Made by a program: the position numbers and the translations under genes. From Amoeboradix gromovi X-113 (Eukaryota > Fungi > Sanchytriomycota), in NCBI GenBank assembly GCA_018985225.1, contig JADGIF010000020.1, positions 6,512-38,511 on the forward strand: a stretch of 32,000 nucleotides of DNA. Reading direction: 5' to 3'. Shown piece after piece: positions 1 through 9,392 of this stretch (position 1 is its first letter; the number at the start of each line of letters is the position of its first letter). The notes beneath the pieces were generated by a model. The model saw only the letters and a program-made list of their open reading frames with translations. It had not been told where the DNA came from and did no database searches.

Positions 1-1152
1 AATGTTGCCAATTGAGGTATTAAATATGTAATTTTTACGAAAACTATGACTAATCATACTGCTAGGATGGTTAATATGCAGATCTAAAGCAGTTTGTCCA
101 TCAAACCTGTAAAGTAGATCCTTTAAAGCAGTCATTGACTCGCAATCAGCTAATTGGCCCACAACCCCTAAAATACCAGATTTGTTGGTAACAGATTCTT
201 TAATCTTGAGTCTAAATAGCTCAAAAGCCTGTTGCCAAGTAACTGGAACAAATTCGTTATTTGATTTTATCATTGGAACATTCAATCGCTGTATTTTCAA
301 TCCATCACAAGCATGTCGAGTTTTATCGCTAATCCATTCCTCATTTACCTCTTCGTTTAGCCTAGGCAGTATTCGCATGACTTCGGGACCACGTGAATCA
401 ATACGAATAGAGCTGCCGCAAGCATCTAAGACATCAACACTTTCTGTTTTCTTCAACTCCCAAGGACGGGATTTGAAAGCGTAAGGTTTTGATGTTAGTG
501 CACCAACAGGACACAAGTCAACAATGTTCCCACTTAGCTCTGAAGAGATAGTCTTTTCTATATATGTACCGATTTGCATGTCATTCCCACGACCAGAGGT
601 ACCTAATTCAACGGCTCCGGCTATGTCGTTGGCAAATCTGACACATCTTGTACAGTGTATGCATCTATTCATTGATGTTTTAACAATAGGTCCAAAGTTT
701 TTGTTTTCTACAGCCCTCTTATCACCACCAAGTGGAGAATCTCTAAAAGTGGCAGAAAATCGAGATTTGTCACTTCCAAATGCCATTGACTGATCTTGTA
801 GATCACACTCGCCACCTTGATCACAAACTGGACAGTCTAAAGGATGGTTTGCTAAAATAAACTCAAGAACACCTTCCCTGGCCTGTTTAACTTTAGGCGT
901 ATCTGTAAACACTTTCATATTAGCCATAACTGGATAGGAGCAGCTGGCAACCGGTTTTGGAGCTCGCTCTAGTTCTACAAGGCACATTCTACAGTTACCA
1001 GCAATATTTAATTTTTCATGATAGCAAAAACGAGGTATAACTATGCCTGCCATTTCTATTGCATCTATAAGTGGCATACCTGGGGAGCACTGCACTGGCT
1101 TATTATTGACCATGATCTCAACCAAGTTTTTGTAGAGTCTTCGAGATAACAT
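1..1152 (-). CDS. NDUFS1: NADH:ubiquinone oxidoreductase 75-kDa Fe-S subunit, 5' part; runs off the left edge of the window
   Basis: Hand translation from ATG 1152: MLSRRLYKNLVEI...IPRFCYHEKLNIAGNCRMCLVE...NHPLDCPVCDQGGECDLQDQ...MNRCIHCTRCVRF, the canonical NuoG/NDUFS1 Fe-S motifs. Absent from the ORF track because it is truncated by the edge. Confidence 0.97.
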   Translation of the reverse strand, partial: MLSRRLYKNLVEIMVNNKPVQCSPGMPLIDAIEMAGIVIPRFCYHEKLNIAGNCRMCLVELERAPKPVASCSYPVMANMKVFTDTPKVKQAREGVLEFILANHPLDCPVCDQGGECDLQDQSMAFGSDKSRFSATFRDSPLGGDKRAVENKNFGPIVKTSMNRCIHCTRCVRFANDIAGAVELGTSGRGNDMQIGTYIEKTISSELSGNIVDLCPVGALTSKPYAFKSRPWELKKTESVDVLDACGSSIRIDSRGPEVMRILPRLNEEVNEEWISDKTRHACDGLKIQRLNVPMIKSNNEFVPVTWQQAFELFRLKIKESVTNKSGILGVVGQLADCESMTALKDLLYRFDGQTALDLHINHPSSMISHSFRKNYIFNTSIGNI

Positions 1153-1364
1153 TGTTTGAAAATTTAACCCTTTACAACACCGGAAATAGAGCAGCTCTCG
1201 ACTTTAACTGAGCAAACAATTTAATGTGATAAGATGAGCTGTATCTGCAAAACGCTCTCTTTCTAGAGTTTTATAAACGCAGAAAAAGTTCATGCAGAAT
1301 CTGCTCTAAAAATGAAGTAGAAGTGCAAACAAATAAGAAAGACATCTGCCGACTATAACAAAAA

Positions 1365-1460
1365 CCTTGGAGAGTCAATTGAAATCGAGAGAATTTTTCA
1401 AGACAAGTTCGCCAGCTTCGGATTTACTGCAGTCATTTACTAAATTTAAAAATGAGCCTT
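1365..1460 (-). repeat. Possible very decayed family-1 right end (copy H)
   Basis: Patchy match of 'aaatcgagagaatttttcaagacaagttcgccagcttcggatttactgcagtcatt' to the reverse complement of copies A and C. Confidence 0.25.
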
Positions 1461-1748
1461 GACTTTTCTAAAAGCTTGGTGCAAAGCAATACGCTATTAC
1501 TAATGATATAACTTTGCTATGAAAAGGAAAAGGCCAATGCTCTTCTGCCAGTATAGACTAATTTTGAAATCTTTGTTCAACGGATAAAATACTCAAACAA
1601 TAACAACAAAATGTTACTATTTATTGGTTTATGCGCAAACAATCTCACAAATGGCTGCTTTAGTCGACTTCTGGCTCGGCCAATGTGATTTCTGGTACAC
1701 TTTAAAAGTTTGTTTTCGCAGTTACTCTTGTAATTGAATTCAAATTTA

Positions 1749-4700
1749 TTAACTTTTTTGGCCTTGATCATTTATATTATCTGAAGACCTCTGCTCAGAA
1801 ACAATCTCTTTTCTGCTGCTACTAGCGTTATTGATTTCAGTAGATATACCAGAATTAGAGAGCCGCCTAATTACTAGATTATCTTCAAAGTTGTTGGCAT
1901 TTAAGCTGTTTCGTCTACTTGAGTGCAGGTCTTCATTTTGCATGTCTGCACCGCTATTTACTTTGCTTTTTCTTTTGTTTGCAAACAAGGCTTCATCTTC
2001 TGCAAATACTACACCATTAAACGTAGGAATTGCGTTCTCTTTATTCGAATTTAACTCATTATCATTCATGTCTGCATGCATGATAATACTATTTCTTCTG
2101 CTTTTCAGTATGTTAGACAGTATATGGGTATCTAAACCATTGGCTGCAGATTGATACAAAGAATTCGACGAAATTACATATTCTGCGGTCGATGGATCAC
2201 CCACTGCAGCTAGATCAGGCACCTTTGGCTCAAGCACTACCCTGTTGTTGATATATTTCAAAAATCTTTTTCTCTGTATAATCGTTGCCAAGATTCCAGT
2301 GGACTTTTCGAGGTACATGATTTTGTCGATCTCTTCCATCTCCATTTTTCTTTTTATGTAGTCATCAATTCGTAAATATGATTTGTTTCCTAGCACAGTT
2401 TTAGTCAATACCAATAAAACAACATTCAAGGCTATACCCTTTGAACCCATGTTCATCATACATTCGATATAAACACGATTCAGTCTCAATCTTCTACTCT
2501 GGAACTCCTGTGAAGGAATACCATCAAAAATATTCTCAAAGTTCTTGTTCAACTGTAGCACAATTTCTCTGTTGAAGGATTTCTCAGTGCCTACTATAAC
2601 CTGTACGCTTTTTTTGATAGTGGGAACATCCAGACCCGTAGGATATAATTTTACTGATAATTTTCCTTCAATGACGTGTAAAAAAGGTATCAATTGCTTT
2701 TCTCTAATATACCCAGTTCCGTTTTCATCAAATTTAGCCCACGCTATCTTAAATAGGTTTAAATCACTAGTGCTAACCACACTCTTCTTAACGTCCTCGC
2801 TTGAAAAATAATTAAAGTTTTCTAAGACGATTACGGTAAACATATTTAGGAATACATATGTGCAGATAACGTAGTAGCTCATAAACAACAAGAAGCCCCA
2901 AGATCTACTACCGCAATCAGAAAACAAATAGTTGCTGTCAAACTCTACACAGTAGCGTTTATCTATTAGACAGTCATTCATCACTCTATGCCAGATTTCT
3001 CCGGTGATCATTCGCAGCAATAGCAACATGCTGTTTGGCAAGGTTCTAAAATTGGCGTCGGAGTTATATATTTGATAGTATCGGGTTAAACCAAATATCT
3101 CCATAAATATCAAACTGTAGGTCAGCAGCAATATCGCAAAAACTCCCAGAATATTTCTTATTTGTGATATACTGGCATATATGATTTTGAATAGTTGCAC
3201 AAGTATTGGGATATGCTGCACTAACTTAAAAGTTAAACTTAACATAAAAACTCTTTTGGCTTTATTCAAGTCTGCTGAAGGCCTGTCTGCTAACTCAAAC
3301 GAGTATTCCAACGTGATACTTAACAAAGCCCCAGATACCACCACAAGATCGAAGATGTTACCTGGTGACTTGTTCCATACATTATATCCCAATGAATTAT
3401 ACTTTATTATCACTTCTCCGAGAAATACAAGAATAAAAAATGATAAAATTGCGTCTCTTGCCTGTGCCCACGCAACTGTCTCGTTTTGGAATTGAATCAA
3501 AAGTACAACCACAGTGCTCAGAAGAGAAAAATTTATAAACTTCGAGTACCTCCTGCTATTAAACTTATCGTAGCACCAGGCTCTAAAACGGCTGATGGGT
3601 CTTGCAGACTGAACGGTGGCTTTGACTAACTTTATTTGCTTCATTACATCAATATACTGTCTTTGCTCGACGGTTAGATATGCTAACCCAGATATATTTA
3701 AGAAATTCTGAATAATGATACCTGCAAAGAGATTTACAACTATTAAAGAGCCAATTATCATAAATGAAAAAAAGTACAAAATTGAAAAAGGATCTATGTC
3801 ACGGGTTGGTACTGGTTGGTCATCATATTTTTTAGACATGTTTGCCATGTTAAATATGTCAGTCCAGGACTCTGAAGTGCTTAAAACAAAAGTGGTCAAT
3901 AACGATTTCGAAAAGCTGTCAAACGTGTAGTATGGGGCATACAAGTTCTTCCAAACCCTAGGAACAAGTATATTAATCCCCAACTGTGACGTAACTTCAA
4001 ATATACCTACACATTCGGATTTAGTCCTGACGCTTCCATCATTACAACTCTTAAATAAATCCTTGTATACATAGTTACCATATAGTGCAAAAGGAATAAA
4101 AACAATTAAACTCAGCATCAAGGCATCAAGAAGTCTACTAAACGCTAAAATAAAAAACCTAAAAATGTCTCTGATGCCTTTGAATTGATTTACGATCCTT
4201 AAAACTCTCAAGGCCTTTGTGGCCCGCAACACTCTTGCTATCCCAGTATTGTCTTTTGTGTTTAATGATAAACCGATTATTTGAAATGTCAAAATAACAA
4301 AGTCTAACCGGTTCCAAAGGTTTCTCAAATAACTCTTTTTGTTCAAAATAAATCCTGATGAGATTACTTTGACTAGAAATTCAGACGAAAATATTAATAC
4401 AGTTACTAAGTCAAATATGCGGTAAATAGGCCAAGGATTTGATTCATCCAGAGTGTCGAATCTGTTAATAGGAGTATCATATGCTGATTCAATCATGCTA
4501 GAAAATATAGTTAGTCTTATAAAATACTCAAAGTAGTTATTGGCTTTTTGTGGATCATAGATGTATAAGCAAAACCTTCTGATTGGATTGTCATTTCCCA
4601 GACAAAAAAAAGACAAATCATTATTTCCGTCTTCATCATCTACTTCGCCCAATTGATTTCTCTCAGAGATGGCGATTTTGACTGCACTAACTATATGCAA

Positions 4701-6722
4701 AAGAAATTTTCCGAGAAAACTTTTCTGACTCATACCAAAGCAGCTCATATCATTGCGATTAGTTTTGGGGAGAATTTTTCTGTTTTTTTGCTCCCTTTTG
4801 CGCTTAAATATAATCTTAAATGGGTTGTGTATCTTTACAAAAAACCAAGGAGGCTCCTTTTCAAATTCCAATTGGTCTTTATCGTTATTTGGGTCTTCGT
4901 TTTGCATCTGTAAGAATTCTTGATTTAAGTATTTCTGAATCGTTTCCTTGCGAACACCCGGTACCGAAAAATTGTTAGGTAAATAGGTGCTTAAAAATCC
5001 AAACTTAGTGTTTCTCGTGGAGTCTGAGTTTGAGCTATGATTTTTCTTCCTCTTTTCATTTTTAACAGTCGAAGACATTATATTTTCGAAATCACTTTCA
5101 TCATTGCGCTTCTTAAAGTCTTTGAAAAATGCCCTCAACTGTCGAAGCTTCTTTTCAGGTTCTGAGAGGGAAAAATTCTCTAATATAACAGCAACAAGCA
5201 AATTTGTTATAATCAGTTTCGCAAAGATATAGAAGCAGACGCAGAACGTACCAAATAAAACTACATTTAAAGTGATCCCAGTTCTATTAATGAGGTACAT
5301 CGAGTTAAGTGTTACATTGTCCCAACCATCACCTATGAAAAGCTGGAACACACCAGTCATGCTTCCAAGAACTGTAGAAAAGTCAAAAATATAGTTAACA
5401 TCTTCTATATCAAATTCGTATGATGAAAAGAAGAAGTTGAGAATGATCCCACCGATAAAAATGTAGCTCACACTCAAAAGAAATAGCGATACCAATTGAG
5501 CATATGATTTCAAAACCAAATCTGCTAAACCTTGTATTCTAGGTGTTAAAAATAATATTTTAGGGGTGCGAAGTAAGTTGAACACTAGATAGTATGGGCG
5601 TCTATCTGGAGCCCAAAGCACTGTAGAAATTCCAATTATGTTTCCAATAGACAAAAACAAATTAAAACCTACAGAAAGTAGTTTCTTATGATTATTAAAA
5701 GAGCTGCTGGCCAGTAAAAGTATGGAATCAAAAATATATGCAATACAGAATGTAATTTCCATAGCAATAGGATAAAGCCATTGCTGCGTATGTGAGTTTA
5801 TCTCACTATAAGCTATTCTAATAACAATCTCCGTAGCAACTGTAGCTGCTAAAATAGCTTGATATTCTTTAGAGTGATAAAACTCGTAAATCTTATTATT
5901 GTTTTGCTCGTGATTAGATATTTGACGTTTAAGGGCGCGTTCTCTGGTTCTGATGTTGTTATAAGTCTCGGTTATAACAGCTACAAAAAGTTTGAGAAGA
6001 GTAAAACTTATAAAAATCACTATTATGATATAAAATATGCTAGATACATAATACTCACTTAGCATAGTCCAGTACATTATAGGAGTCCAATCTTCTAATG
6101 AAGATACTACGAACGTGGTCAAAAATGAATTGAAAATATTGTCATAGGATAAAAGCGAAAATCCATCGGACCTATTACCAATTTTGCATACTTGACCGTT
6201 TGGACATTGATATCCCTTACCGTCACTACCGCAGTGTTGGTTAGTCCTGATCAAATCTGGAAATAAATCAGACTTAACAAAACAGTAACGGTCCAACGAA
6301 GATTGAAAAATTGAAACGCCAATTACAGCAAATAAAAGGTAGAAGAATGATAGTAATAATAAAACTTCTACAAGCAAAGGAAAGGAAGTGTTTAATATGT
6401 GTTGCAATCCCGAGTATTCCAATAACGCAAATAACTTAAATAAACTTATCCCCATTACGATCTGACCTGTGAAATTATCGTAAAAGCTAATAATAAATCC
6501 AAGCAAGAAAATGAAAAAAGATATCCATATGTAAACCTTTCTAAATTGCTTTAACAGAGTTATTGATATTATATGTACCAAATTGAGTACTAAAAAGGCA
6601 TACTTGGATACGAATGGAGATAACAAATGGAGCATAAGTATTGAGTTCGGTCCATATTTCTTCAAGCTATCACTATTCAGGAAATTCATATGCCTTGCTG
6701 ATTCACCTTTTATCTTGAGCAT
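1749..6722 (-). CDS. CCH1: Four-domain Cch1/NALCN-type Ca2+ channel alpha subunit (1657 aa)
   Basis: Four TM repeats with pore loops SLEDW, IGDGW, TSESW, TGEIW; S4-like RVLRATKALRVLR; EF-hand-like WAKFDENGTGYI. Confidence 0.93.
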   Translation of the reverse strand: MLKIKGESARHMNFLNSDSLKKYGPNSILMLHLLSPFVSKYAFLVLNLVHIISITLLKQFRKVYIWISFFIFLLGFIISFYDNFTGQIVMGISLFKLFALLEYSGLQHILNTSFPLLVEVLLLLSFFYLLFAVIGVSIFQSSLDRYCFVKSDLFPDLIRTNQHCGSDGKGYQCPNGQVCKIGNRSDGFSLLSYDNIFNSFLTTFVVSSLEDWTPIMYWTMLSEYYVSSIFYIIIVIFISFTLLKLFVAVITETYNNIRTRERALKRQISNHEQNNNKIYEFYHSKEYQAILAATVATEIVIRIAYSEINSHTQQWLYPIAMEITFCIAYIFDSILLLASSSFNNHKKLLSVGFNLFLSIGNIIGISTVLWAPDRRPYYLVFNLLRTPKILFLTPRIQGLADLVLKSYAQLVSLFLLSVSYIFIGGIILNFFFSSYEFDIEDVNYIFDFSTVLGSMTGVFQLFIGDGWDNVTLNSMYLINRTGITLNVVLFGTFCVCFYIFAKLIITNLLVAVILENFSLSEPEKKLRQLRAFFKDFKKRNDESDFENIMSSTVKNEKRKKNHSSNSDSTRNTKFGFLSTYLPNNFSVPGVRKETIQKYLNQEFLQMQNEDPNNDKDQLEFEKEPPWFFVKIHNPFKIIFKRKREQKNRKILPKTNRNDMSCFGMSQKSFLGKFLLHIVSAVKIAISERNQLGEVDDEDGNNDLSFFCLGNDNPIRRFCLYIYDPQKANNYFEYFIRLTIFSSMIESAYDTPINRFDTLDESNPWPIYRIFDLVTVLIFSSEFLVKVISSGFILNKKSYLRNLWNRLDFVILTFQIIGLSLNTKDNTGIARVLRATKALRVLRIVNQFKGIRDIFRFFILAFSRLLDALMLSLIVFIPFALYGNYVYKDLFKSCNDGSVRTKSECVGIFEVTSQLGINILVPRVWKNLYAPYYTFDSFSKSLLTTFVLSTSESWTDIFNMANMSKKYDDQPVPTRDIDPFSILYFFSFMIIGSLIVVNLFAGIIIQNFLNISGLAYLTVEQRQYIDVMKQIKLVKATVQSARPISRFRAWCYDKFNSRRYSKFINFSLLSTVVVLLIQFQNETVAWAQARDAILSFFILVFLGEVIIKYNSLGYNVWNKSPGNIFDLVVVSGALLSITLEYSFELADRPSADLNKAKRVFMLSLTFKLVQHIPILVQLFKIIYASISQIRNILGVFAILLLTYSLIFMEIFGLTRYYQIYNSDANFRTLPNSMLLLLRMITGEIWHRVMNDCLIDKRYCVEFDSNYLFSDCGSRSWGFLLFMSYYVICTYVFLNMFTVIVLENFNYFSSEDVKKSVVSTSDLNLFKIAWAKFDENGTGYIREKQLIPFLHVIEGKLSVKLYPTGLDVPTIKKSVQVIVGTEKSFNREIVLQLNKNFENIFDGIPSQEFQSRRLRLNRVYIECMMNMGSKGIALNVVLLVLTKTVLGNKSYLRIDDYIKRKMEMEEIDKIMYLEKSTGILATIIQRKRFLKYINNRVVLEPKVPDLAAVGDPSTAEYVISSNSLYQSAANGLDTHILSNILKSRRNSIIMHADMNDNELNSNKENAIPTFNGVVFAEDEALFANKRKSKVNSGADMQNEDLHSSRRNSLNANNFEDNLVIRRLSNSGISTEINNASSSRKEIVSEQRSSDNINDQGQKS

Positions 6723-6765
6723 TGATTTCGTCGCTTTTGTTTTAAACGGCTAGGTCAAAGATTCT

Positions 6766-6925
6766 CCTCACTAAGAGTCCTGATTTAGATTAAGAATTTT
6801 CACAAAGAAAGCGACAAATTCGGTCATTCAGTTACAGTAAGTACTCACACTTTTGCTACCAGGGATTAGATTAAATAGTGACGCACATATTTCAAGTTTT
6901 TGTTCCACGCTCGTCTAGCGAATGC
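6766..6925 (-). mobile_element. Family-1 IS607/Fanzor2 right-end remnant (copy D)
   Basis: Minus strand reads ...gtgtgagtacttactgtaactgaatgacc...tttctttgtgaaaattcttaatctaaatcaggactcttagtgagg, alignable to copies A, B and C. Ends in GAGG 43 nt upstream of the CCH1 ATG. Confidence 0.75.
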
Positions 6926-6964
6926 TTAATCGCATTTGATAAGGTCCTTGCCCTTTCATGGAAC

Positions 6965-7505
6965 CATGATTTCCTTTTAAGTCCTTTTTATTTCTGAACA
7001 TTGAACAGCTATCTAATTTTGCAAAATAAATCATTTATCGAGAGTCTGTATCTATCTTTATATAATTGCGTGACTTTTCCGGATTTTTACAATGTCTTAA
7101 ACACTTGATATTTTCATTTTCACAAATGCCAAATGGAATCAATGGATGTAATCCGGAATATTTCAAATCTAAAGAAATTACTACAGTTGTAGCATAAATC
7201 AACGTTAAGGAACTGGTCCAAACATGGAACATTTAGATGTCTTTCAACCCGTCCTCAAAAAAATCAACGATAAACAAACCTCTAAACCATATATTTAATT
7301 ATTCTTATGTGATTGATTGGTATAACCACGTGGGTAACAATAGAGAGTATATGGCAGCAAGGAATATGTACATAGTACATATATCCTTAGTCGGTCACAC
7401 CTCAGAGTAGTGAAAGCGTGAGCAATCACTGTAAAAGATTTACTAGCATTGCTACTTCTCTGAGGAAATTCTCTATTTTCTCGAAAATTAGGACTTTTAA
7501 CGAGG
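6965..7505 (+). mobile_element. Family-1 non-autonomous IS607/Fanzor2 element (copy A)
   Basis: Left part aligns with copy C. Contains a frameshifted TnpA HTH stub (PEYFKSKEIT / HKSTLRNWSKHGTFRCLST), then a Fanzor tail (NREYMAARNMY), then a conserved end ...ggacttttaacgagg. Confidence 0.88.
7395..7505 (+). ncRNA. Putative Fanzor2 omegaRNA scaffold of copy A; guide would follow at about 7506-7525
   Basis: Most conserved segment across family-1 copies, between the Fanzor tail and the element end, with short hairpins (tagc-att-gcta, aatttt/aaaatt-type stem). Position matches known TnpB/Fanzor omegaRNAs. Expression not shown. Confidence 0.55.
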
Positions 7506-7638
7506 AATACAATTGATGGTGAAGAATGGAAGGAAGTACGATATATGCCTAATTCATGTAGAATCAGCTGCTAAGCAATAACAGATGAAGCATAATTATT
7601 ATCCAGTTGAAAAGGTATTAAAAGTAAATTCAAGTTGT

Positions 7639-8301
7639 TTATTCACCCTTCATAAATTTTTCAAATTCCAAAACTACGTCTTCCAGCCTCTTTAATCGTG
7701 AAAAGACGCTCATTGGTATGTTACTATCCAACCCCATTGAATTATCTAGATTTACTAGCCTCTCTTCTACAGAACTTGGTATCACTCCAGAATCCTCCAA
7801 CTTCTTAATCAGATCTTCCTCGGTTAAGTAGCCTATCTTTTTCGTACTGGTAACTTCAACAATTGCATTTTCATGATTTTCCTTACTGATTTCATCACTT
7901 GTTGTTATTGTTGTATCTTGGTCAGTGTTTTCCCCATTATTTGTCGATCGGTATTCAAAATCTATCTCATTAAAAACACTAGCTATTTTGATCAGCTTTG
8001 AACACTTATTTAAACTAAAACACTCTTCTGCAAAACATTTTAACGTTTTAGGCAAACGCGCTAACTTAAGAATGTCTGATATCATGTTAGTCAACTGAGC
8101 TCCTTCCGGGTCAAAACTGCTTAAATGCGATCGTTGCAGATAGTCTTTAGCAATAATGGCATCACTAGTTCTTTTTGAGTAAGTTTTCTGTTCTGCCTCT
8201 AATTCGATATAAGCTCTCTTCTTTCTAGCCGGTCTTTTAGTCATATCACTCAAAGGATTCAGAGTAGCTCTCTTTCTTTTACTACGAGTTTCCTGTGGCA
8301 T
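7639..8301 (-). CDS. MBIP-like protein (MAP3K12-binding inhibitory protein family), about 220 aa
   Basis: C-terminal SVEERLVNLDNSMGL...PMSVFSRLKRLEDVVLEFE resembles the conserved MBIP C-terminus. First in-frame ATG is at 8301; the ORF track starts at an upstream TTG. Confidence 0.65.
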   Translation of the reverse strand: MPQETRSKRKRATLNPLSDMTKRPARKKRAYIELEAEQKTYSKRTSDAIIAKDYLQRSHLSSFDPEGAQLTNMISDILKLARLPKTLKCFAEECFSLNKCSKLIKIASVFNEIDFEYRSTNNGENTDQDTTITTSDEISKENHENAIVEVTSTKKIGYLTEEDLIKKLEDSGVIPSSVEERLVNLDNSMGLDSNIPMSVFSRLKRLEDVVLEFEKFMKGE

Positions 8302-8403
8302 AATCTCCTTTGTATTACAGCATGAAAATGATTTTCGATACCCCTCAAACAAGGGGCATTGCGAAAATGAGCCAATACAAGTCGGTGGTGCTCTTGCTGG
8401 ACT

Positions 8404-8570
8404 CCTCGTCTAAAGTCCTGGTTTTTAAAAAATTAAAAGTTTTCGCAGAGAAAATGACAATCTCAGTTACTCCGTTAATTGATTGCTTACGCTTTTACTA
8501 TCACACCCTGACGTAGGATTGAACAGAGAGGTACATTTATTTCAAGTATGTCTTCCTCGCCTTCATAGAG
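8404..8570 (-). mobile_element. Family-1 right-end remnant (copy B)
   Basis: Minus strand encodes MKARKTYLK* (cf. MAARNIY) and reads ...aaagcgtaagcaatcaattaacggag...ttctctgcgaaaac...caggactttagacgagg; aligns with C and D. Confidence 0.78.
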
Positions 8571-8694
8571 CGTAAGCCTTTCCAATGAAATGAAAACTCA
8601 GGCTCTAAATAATCCACTAAATAAATTAATAGTCATTCAAACCGTCTTTTGCTTGTTGGATCAGACTCCTCACATAAATTGACTTCTGAGAAAG

Positions 8695-9112
8695 ATGGGA
8701 CACCAAATGTAAAAACTAGACTAACTCGTTTTTAAAGGAAGTGCACCATACGGAGGAAATGCTATCGTTAATAAAAGATCTTCTATTATACCAATTCTCT
8801 TTCATTGATTGTATTCCTCTTTTTAAAATAAAACTAGAAGACCCTGAATCTCGTTCAAATATATGAGATCTTTGAGCATCTAAGCAAAAGGTGCATTTTC
8901 TTAGACGTTACTCTTTCTTCATTCCATTTCGTAATGTTATACTAACATCATTACTCTTATCTATTTCTTTGAAGTGTAATCCTTTTATACTCGTCAACTC
9001 CGCAACTAGCTGAATGTCCACTCGCCTCTTAAATCCATAAAATTAATAAAGCTGAAATAATGTTCAAAGTTGTTACAGAAAGTTAGTCCAGTTTTTATAT
9101 TTGATGTTCCTA
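8695..9112 (-). mobile_element. Family-2 TIR-bounded non-autonomous element with Fanzor1-like C-terminal remnant (copy 1)
   Basis: About 30-bp imperfect TIRs (atgggacaccaaatgtaaaaactagactaact / agttagtccagtttttatatttgatgttcc). Internal minus frame 9042-8716: KRRVDIQLVAELTSIK...KE*RLRKCTFCLDAQRSHIFERDSGSSSFILKRG. Second copy at 23209-23617. Confidence 0.88.
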
Positions 9113-9392
9113 ATGCAAAATACTATCTTAAAGATTTTAAATGTCTTGTGTACGTACTGGCATCCCTTTCCTAGTGTTGAGAAACATCGGGTAGGTCTTG
9201 TGGAAGAATATCCTTTGTATCTAATGATTTTGTTAGATGTGATGTATTGAGGATCTTGAGGCCTGTAACCATTTGCAATCGATGAAAAGCAGGATTATCG
9301 AGTTTTTGCAGTCAAAAGAGTATAGAGAGAGCAAATTGGAGTATAATAACTCACGTAATCATTATAAATTATTTATTGGGTTGAAACCCAAA

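Noticed and set aside
182-793. Plus-strand ORFs of 100 and 89 aa
   Set aside because: Antisense shadows of NDUFS1. The same applies to the small ORFs overlapping CCH1, GH35, muskelin, the BEACH-like gene, DOT1 and UBP15.
1200-1748. Short open frames in the NDUFS1-CCH1 spacer
   Set aside because: No recognisable motif or consistent gene model.
8667-8693. cctcacataaattgacttctgagaaa resembling another family-1 right end
   Set aside because: Under 30 nt, AT-rich, and no continuation beyond the family-2 element.
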